Of a stretch of 12,772 bases of DNA, positions 7,578-12,772 are shown in pieces (position 1 is the first letter of the stretch; every line of letters starts with the position of its first letter). The position numbers were made by a program, and so were the translations under genes. The notes under the pieces were generated by a model, which was not told where the DNA came from, ran no database searches, and saw only the letters and a program-made list of their open reading frames with translations. This DNA comes from Bdellovibrionota bacterium (GTDB lineage Bacteria; Bdellovibrionota; UBA1018; UBA923). The stretch is taken from the NCBI GenBank assembly GCA_040754655.1, contig JBFMCE010000103.1, positions 1 to 12,772 on the forward strand, read 5' to 3'.

Positions 7578-9008
7578 ATGCACGAGACAGACAGGTTCAG
7601 TAAAGCCAAACATACTTTTGTCGTGAGTGATATCCACGTGACCACGGCTGAGCCGGTGAATTCGCGCGACCCGCTTTGGCGCCGTTACAAGCAACGTGAT
7701 TTCTTCATTGATGATGCCTTTGAGACATTCCTCAATAAAATCCAAGAAGTCGCGGACGGGCCGGTGGAATTGATCCTCGCAGGTGACATTTTTGACTTTG
7801 ATGGCGTGAGTCAGCTTCCCGAAAAACATCGCTTCACGATGTCGTGGCTAGAAGCCAAAAGGGGGCTGAACACCGAAGAGCGCAAGTCGCGATTCAAGAT
7901 GAAGCTCATCATCGAGCACCATCCCACGTTTTTCAAAGCGCTAGGCAATTTTGTTCGCAAGGGAAACCGGGCGGTGTTCATCATTGGGAATCATGATCTT
8001 GAGCTTCATTGGACTAGCGTGCAGGCGATGGTCTTGCAGGCCATGCAGCTTAGCAAAGAGAACTCGGAAAACGTGCGGTTCAACAATTGGTTTTATGTCA
8101 GCAATCAAGACACTTTGGTTGAGCATGGCAATCAACATGATTCTCATAGCAATTGCCAGAACCCCGTGAATCCCAAGATCAGGGGAATTTATAAAGAGCG
8201 GATCCGCCTCCCCTTCGGGTGTTTGGCAAACCGCTTGATGCTCAATGGGATGGGCTATTTCAATCCTCATTCTGATCGCAGCTATCTGATGACCTTTCGA
8301 GAGTACCTGGTCTTCATTGTACGCCACGTCGTTCGTAAAGAGCCTCTATTGCTCTGGACATGGTTCTGGGGCGCCGTCATGACGTTGTTCATGACAATCA
8401 GGGAAGGTTTGGCTCTTGAAGTAAAAGACCCCTTGGCGGTCGAAGACCAAATTGATGAGATCGCACGCAAGGCGAATACCTCGCCGCGGGTCGTGCGCCT
8501 GCTCAAAGAAATCCATGCGCCGCCGGCCGTAGCCGACCCGCTGGGGGTTGCCAGAGAGCTTTGGCTCGATCGAGCGTTCCTGGTATTTGGCAGTTTCTTC
8601 TTGGGTTTTGAGCTTTTGAGCCTTTTGAATATCGTGTGGAAGGTTTCATACTGGTGGGTTTTTGGGGTTTTTCTTTTGTTCCTGCCTTTCTTTATTTTTT
8701 ATTTTCGCTCATTCAAATCAAAAGTCATCGTCGATGTGAGGTACTACGAGCGCGCCGTGAAATTGAGTTCGATGATCACCGGCATGAAGCGCGTGGTTTA
8801 TGGGCACACTCACGAGTTCGTCCACACCAACTTTGAGGGCGTGGAATACTTGAACTCAGGTACGTGGTCGCCGGCGTTCGACGACGTCGAATGCACGAAA
8901 CCAAGCTGTCCAAAGACCTTCGTGTGGATTCGCCCGAATACCGAAGGCGAAGGTCGCATCGCCAATGTTTTTGAATGGAAAAACGGCGAAATGCGCCACC
9001 TTTGTTAG
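7578..9008 (+). CDS. Calcineurin-like metallophosphoesterase (LpxH-like fold) with two C-terminal-half transmembrane helices
   Basis: All five metal-binding motifs are present: SDIH, GDIFD, GNHD, EHGNQHD, GHTH, plus YLNSGTW. Hydrophobic segments 'AFLVFGSFFLGFELLSLLNIVW' and 'YWWVFGVFLLFLPFFIFYF'. ATG 7578 (TTG 7569 is an alternative). Confidence 0.88.
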   Translation: MHETDRFSKAKHTFVVSDIHVTTAEPVNSRDPLWRRYKQRDFFIDDAFETFLNKIQEVADGPVELILAGDIFDFDGVSQLPEKHRFTMSWLEAKRGLNTEERKSRFKMKLIIEHHPTFFKALGNFVRKGNRAVFIIGNHDLELHWTSVQAMVLQAMQLSKENSENVRFNNWFYVSNQDTLVEHGNQHDSHSNCQNPVNPKIRGIYKERIRLPFGCLANRLMLNGMGYFNPHSDRSYLMTFREYLVFIVRHVVRKEPLLLWTWFWGAVMTLFMTIREGLALEVKDPLAVEDQIDEIARKANTSPRVVRLLKEIHAPPAVADPLGVARELWLDRAFLVFGSFFLGFELLSLLNIVWKVSYWWVFGVFLLFLPFFIFYFRSFKSKVIVDVRYYERAVKLSSMITGMKRVVYGHTHEFVHTNFEGVEYLNSGTWSPAFDDVECTKPSCPKTFVWIRPNTEGEGRIANVFEWKNGEMRHLC

Positions 9009-9064
9009 CTTTGTTTTTCCTGTTTAACTCGAGCCAAAATCGTTCACTTAAATGAATCAAGCTA

Positions 9065-10156
9065 TTAACCCCTCAATCGACGCTCGCAAGGGTTGGTTAT
9101 TCGCAGGTGCCTCTTCAATTCTTCAAAGACGCCTTTGGCGGATTCGAGTGACTTTTGGTATTGGTTTTTCCGCTGCTCCACCAATTGCCGGCCTTCGAAT
9201 CCGGCGCCCTTATAAAAAAAGACCTCTTGCCTCAGTACTTCGAGTGCTCTCTCGATCGGCTGGATCAAAATCAAAATTTCTTCAAGAAGCAGCGCATACC
9301 GGGGATTGTCCTTGTACACCTTTGATAACGCATGAAGGCGTCGCAACTCGACGATCAGTTGGCGCCACCGTACTTTATCGACGTTCGGGCTCTTCCTATT
9401 TTTTATCAGGCCAGCGATGACTTGGATCGCAGCCTTATGGATTTCGCCGCCGTTAGGATCTCTCAGGGTGCTTTCAAATCCAGCAATCGAAAGGTTCATG
9501 TCCAAAGAGCGTTCGATCGATACAATGTTCGGGGTTGAAGAGCCTTGGCTGAGTTTCACGAGCACCACAAGCCCTTGGTGAGGCTCAAGTGAAATGAGGC
9601 CGGCTTTTTTTCTTTCAAGCGCGAGCAGGTTTTCACGCAACTCATTTGAGATCTCGTCATTCCAAGTCCATCGCTCCGGTGTTACCGTCACATGGCTGGT
9701 TTTAGTGCTTTCGTTGAGGCCCCGATCGAGAATGTGCGATGAGACCGAATACATGAACTTCTCTCGGTTCCAAGACTCTAGCCCACTTTCCTCGAGTTTT
9801 TTTGCTGCCTCTAGAATCACGGTTTCAGATGATCGAGAAGGAATGTTTGACCTTTCATTGAAACTGCTTCGGGGAATTGATGTCGGGCTCTCGAATCTGA
9901 CGGCGAGCTTGCCTAGCGAGAGAGCGTGTAATTGAATCCCGCCATCATTTGAGCGAAGTGGGACAACCATTTCAAGATCGTATTCGACATTGAGTGTGGC
10001 TGTCGCTGCCCCCGTCTTTACTCGCGGCAACTCGCCGCTTCGCTCAAGTCGATACAAAGCGAATTCAGAATAAGTATCTTCAGTGGAAGCACTCGCGGAA
10101 ATCGTCAGTATGGCGCCGACAATTCCGAATATCATCGCACTCAGGATTTTTCCCAT
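9065..10156 (-). CDS. Secreted hypothetical protein, helical/coiled-coil C-terminal third
   Basis: 363-aa ORF with GAGGGG RBS 7 nt before the ATG and a classic signal peptide MGKILSAMIFGIVGAILTISASA. No family recognised. Confidence 0.75.
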   Translation of the reverse strand: MGKILSAMIFGIVGAILTISASASTEDTYSEFALYRLERSGELPRVKTGAATATLNVEYDLEMVVPLRSNDGGIQLHALSLGKLAVRFESPTSIPRSSFNERSNIPSRSSETVILEAAKKLEESGLESWNREKFMYSVSSHILDRGLNESTKTSHVTVTPERWTWNDEISNELRENLLALERKKAGLISLEPHQGLVVLVKLSQGSSTPNIVSIERSLDMNLSIAGFESTLRDPNGGEIHKAAIQVIAGLIKNRKSPNVDKVRWRQLIVELRRLHALSKVYKDNPRYALLLEEILILIQPIERALEVLRQEVFFYKGAGFEGRQLVEQRKNQYQKSLESAKGVFEELKRHLRITNPCERRLRG

Positions 10157-10221
10157 AAGCCAGCCCCTCTTTTGGTTGCTCGTTTGAATGGCAAGGCCCT
10201 ACGTCTTACGGAGGGGATTTA

Positions 10222-10243
10222 GCAAGCATAAATTGACGCTTGC
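10222..10243. promoter_or_regulatory. Imperfect palindrome (possible operator) in the divergent intergenic region
   Basis: GCAAGC-ataaattgac-GCTTGC, 6-bp perfect arms centred on AATT, lying between the divergent starts at 10156 and 10319. Confidence 0.3.
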
Positions 10244-10318
10244 ATGCATCCCGCCGGCGGTTCGATAAGATCGTTCGTTCTGGTAAACCGCCTTGAAATC
10301 GTTTAAAACCTTTTGCTC

Positions 10319-11998
10319 ATGAGCAGCAAACAAATCATTTATACCATGCAAGGGGTGAGCAGGGTTCACCCTCCCAAAAAACAGGTTTTAAAAGACATTT
10401 GGCTTTCTTACTACTACGGCGCAAAAATCGGCGTCTTAGGCTTGAACGGATCTGGAAAAAGCAGCCTTCTTCGAATCTTGGCAGGCGTCGACACTGGTTA
10501 TACGGGTCAGATCCAACTCGCCAAAGGTTATACGATTGGTTTTTTGGAGCAGGAACCGCAGCTGGATAAGACCAAGACCGTAAAAGAGGTCGTGGAAGAA
10601 GGCGTTCAAGAGCTTATCGATCTTCGCAAGGAATACGAAGGCATTAGCGCTAAGTTCACTGAAGACATGGATCCTGACACGATGGAAAAGCTCATCAATC
10701 GGCAAGGCGCGCTGCAAGAGAAACTTGATCAACTCAATGTTTGGGATTTAGATAGCAGGCTTGAGATGGCGATGGATGCGCTAAGATGCCCTCCCGCCGA
10801 CGCCAAGATCGCGAACCTTTCGGGCGGAGAGAAAAGACGCGTGGCTCTTTGCCGCTTGTTGCTGAAGAAACCCGACATCCTTTTGCTTGATGAGCCAACC
10901 AACCATCTCGATGCGGAATCGGTGCATTGGCTTGAGAAGCACCTCCAACAATATGAAGGCACGATCATCGCTGTTACTCACGACCGTTACTTTCTTGATA
11001 ACGTTGCGGGTTGGATTCTAGAGCTCGACAGGGGCGAAGGCATCCCTTGGGAAGGCAATTATTCTTCTTGGCTTGAACAGAAGCGAAAACGCCTCGAGGT
11101 AGAGCAGAAGACCGAGTCAAAGCTTCAAAAGACCTTGGCCAAGGAACTAGAATGGGTGCGCAGTTCCGCGAAAGCGCGCCACGCGAAGAGCAAGGCTCGC
11201 ATCGCCGCCTACGAGAAACTTTTGGCTGAGCAAGGAGAGAAAAGAGAAGAAGAGCTTGAGATCTACATTCCGCCCGGACCTCGCCTTGGCGATGTGGTGA
11301 TTGAAGCAGAGGGTGTTTCCAAAGCCTTTGGCGATAAGCTTCTTTTTGAAAACCTTGAATTCAAATTGCCCAAGGGTGGGGTTGTCGGGGTGATCGGTCC
11401 CAACGGCGCTGGTAAGACGACTTTGTTTAGATTGATTACGGGACAAGAGACTCCGGGCTCAGGAACCTTTAAAGTAGGTTCTACGGTGAAGCTTGGCTAC
11501 ATCGATCAATCACGCGATTCGCTCGCGGATGACAAGACTGTTTGGGAGACGATTTCTGGCGGAAGCGAATTTATTCAGCTGGGAAATCGCCACGTCGCAT
11601 CACGTTCTTATGTGGCGCGCTTTAATTTTCAAGGCCAAGACCAGCAAAAGCATGTCGGCGTTCTCTCAGGCGGAGAGCGCAACCGCGTGCACCTTGCGCA
11701 AATGTTGAAATCCGGCGCGAACGTGCTCTTGCTTGACGAGCCTACCAACGACCTTGATATCACCACGCTTCGCGCCCTAGAGGAAGCCATTGAAAACTTC
11801 GCGGGATGCGCCGTGGTCATCAGCCACGATCGTTGGTTTTTGGACCGCGTCGCGACCCATATCTTGGCTTTTGAAGGCGATAGCAAAGTCATCTGGTTTG
11901 ATGGCAACTACACCGAGTACGAAGAAGACAAGAAACGCCGTTTGGGGATTGAGGCCGATCAGCCTCATCGCATTCGGTACAAGCCGCTGACACGGTAG
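10319..11998 (+). CDS. ettA: Energy-dependent translational throttle protein EttA (ABC-F)
   Basis: Two ABC domains (GLNGSGKS / LSGGE / [11 protein letters not shown] and GPNGAGKT / LSGGE / [11 protein letters not shown]). EttA-type N-terminus '[25 protein letters not shown]', linker '[20 protein letters not shown]' and C-terminus 'PHRIRYKPL'. Confidence 0.95.
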   Translation: MSSKQIIYTMQGVSRVHPPKKQVLKDIWLSYYYGAKIGVLGLNGSGKSSLLRILAGVDTGYTGQIQLAKGYTIGFLEQEPQLDKTKTVKEVVEEGVQELIDLRKEYEGISAKFTEDMDPDTMEKLINRQGALQEKLDQLNVWDLDSRLEMAMDALRCPPADAKIANLSGGEKRRVALCRLLLKKPDILLLDEPTNHLDAESVHWLEKHLQQYEGTIIAVTHDRYFLDNVAGWILELDRGEGIPWEGNYSSWLEQKRKRLEVEQKTESKLQKTLAKELEWVRSSAKARHAKSKARIAAYEKLLAEQGEKREEELEIYIPPGPRLGDVVIEAEGVSKAFGDKLLFENLEFKLPKGGVVGVIGPNGAGKTTLFRLITGQETPGSGTFKVGSTVKLGYIDQSRDSLADDKTVWETISGGSEFIQLGNRHVASRSYVARFNFQGQDQQKHVGVLSGGERNRVHLAQMLKSGANVLLLDEPTNDLDITTLRALEEAIENFAGCAVVISHDRWFLDRVATHILAFEGDSKVIWFDGNYTEYEEDKKRRLGIEADQPHRIRYKPLTR

Positions 11999-12008
11999 CC
12001 TCATAAAT

Positions 12009-12155
12009 CTAAAGCAACGTTTGGATCAAATTTCTGCATTGCTCTGGCTCAAAGGGCTTTTTCAGATAGGGCATGTTCGGGGATTGGCCCTCAAAAGTGA
12101 TTCGCTTGAAGAGAGATGATGCGTCGAGCTTTTGAGAAAGGCAAAAATAAGCGAT
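12009..12155 (-). pseudogene. Possible remnant of a response-regulator receiver domain (C-terminal beta5-alpha5 part)
   Basis: My translation: *IAYFCLSQKLDASSLFKRITFEGQSPNMPYLKKPFEPEQCRNLIQTLL* (in-frame TAG at 12156-12158, final TAG at 12009-12011). 'YLKKPF..EQ...LI..LL' resembles the conserved receiver KPF loop and last helix. No N-terminal half is seen. Confidence 0.4.
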
Positions 12156-12198
12156 CTAACCTCCGTCGATGCTCAGGGGTTCGCTATTGTGAATTCTG

Positions 12199-12588
12199 TT
12201 AGTGGTGCAACTCAAACCCTATGAGAGGTTGGATTTTCCCAAAAGCTTTATCTAAGCTCCATAACGGGATCCGATACTCCCTTGCCAAGGTTGCAATTAA
12301 ACAATCGAGGGTTGAGAGAGTGATGCCTTTTTTGCGGCATTTGAAATAGTTCCATGCGCTTAAGCCCCAGTGACGGTCGGTAACCGAAAGAAATTCAAAG
12401 CCTAAGAAGGCGTCCCAAAGCCTATGGAATTCAGTTTCCGTTCTAGCTCCTTGGCAAACTTCTGCTTGAATCGCCCGAATCAGATAAATAGGCTCATTAG
12501 TTTGGATCATACGCTTGAGGATCAGGCATTCTTTATTTTTAGGGTTTGCAGCTGCAACCCAAACGGAGCTATCAACGAGGACGGCCAC
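12199..12588 (-). CDS. vapC: PIN-domain toxin, VapC family
   Basis: 129 aa with PIN acidic residues in VLVDSSVW, QAEVCQG, STLDCLIA and WSLDKAF. GTG start preceded by GAGAGG. Confidence 0.92.
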   Translation of the reverse strand: MAVLVDSSVWVAAANPKNKECLILKRMIQTNEPIYLIRAIQAEVCQGARTETEFHRLWDAFLGFEFLSVTDRHWGLSAWNYFKCRKKGITLSTLDCLIATLAREYRIPLWSLDKAFGKIQPLIGFELHH

Positions 12589-12772
12589 GCGTGCCTCTCA
12601 TTTGTTTCAGATCACCTTCAAAGAAACCGGTTCCAAGCATTTCGGCCATGTCCGTTCTTCTCGCTCTAGCGATATAGGCATCTAGCGCTTGATCGATCAA
12701 CTCACGCAAGGTGGTGGTTCTGCCCAACTTCTTAGCCAAAGCTACTTTGTCTTCGTCGAGTTCTATTGAGGT
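12572..12772 (-). CDS. vapB: VapB-family antitoxin (ribbon-helix-helix type), 5'-truncated by the window edge
   Basis: Not in the ORF track. My translation: TSIELDEDKVALAKKLGRTTTLRELIDQALDAYIARARRTDMAEMLGTGFFEGDLKQMRGTRGRPR* (TGA at 12572-12574). Matches the 'RTxIxLDDxL...A...T.RE.V..AL...' and 'W/FEGDL..MR' VapB pattern and overlaps the vapC start by 17 nt. Confidence 0.9.
   Translation of the reverse strand, partial: TSIELDEDKVALAKKLGRTTTLRELIDQALDAYIARARRTDMAEMLGTGFFEGDLKQMRGTRGRPR

Noticed and set aside
7566..7829. 88-aa N-terminal extension of RmuC given by the ORF track
   Set aside because: It is antisense to the phosphoesterase catalytic motifs, and RmuC normally begins with its TM anchor (7565).
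173..12669. Numerous short alternative-frame and antisense ORFs in the track (e.g. 2843-3361, 1933-2319, 7941-8327, 9052-9420)
   Set aside because: All are shadows of well-supported genes and show no recognisable motifs.
1..12772. CRISPR arrays, tRNA/rRNA, IS elements, strong intrinsic terminators
   Set aside because: No periodic repeats, cloverleaf, transposase or clear GC hairpin plus U-tract was found by eye.

Overview
Bacterial chromosomal window, densely coding, with no rRNA, tRNA, CRISPR array or transposase seen. A Bdellovibrionota/Oligoflexia-like origin is my inference from gene style and is not verified. Housekeeping and conserved genes: partial DMT/YdcZ-type transporter, adenine deaminase downstream of a double Zn-ribbon gene, pcm, a divergent tgt, rmuC, a membrane-anchored calcineurin-like metallophosphoesterase, ettA and a vapBC toxin-antitoxin pair (the antitoxin is missing from the ORF track). 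Three stand-alone genes with N-terminal Sec-type signal peptides are interspersed among them: a GNAT-like protein (408-1193), a full sigma-70-family sigma factor (3576-4556) and an orphan (9065-10156). Each predicted mature protein has exactly one cysteine, always in a terminal Pro-preceded C-x3-L motif (CADVL, CSYLL, CERRL). The best candidate for an undescribed system is therefore a class of exported proteins carrying cytoplasm-acting domains, including an apparently secreted sigma factor, that share a single-Cys tag possibly used for delivery into a prey or host cell. This rests on sequence reading only; the sigma-factor start codon needs confirmation.
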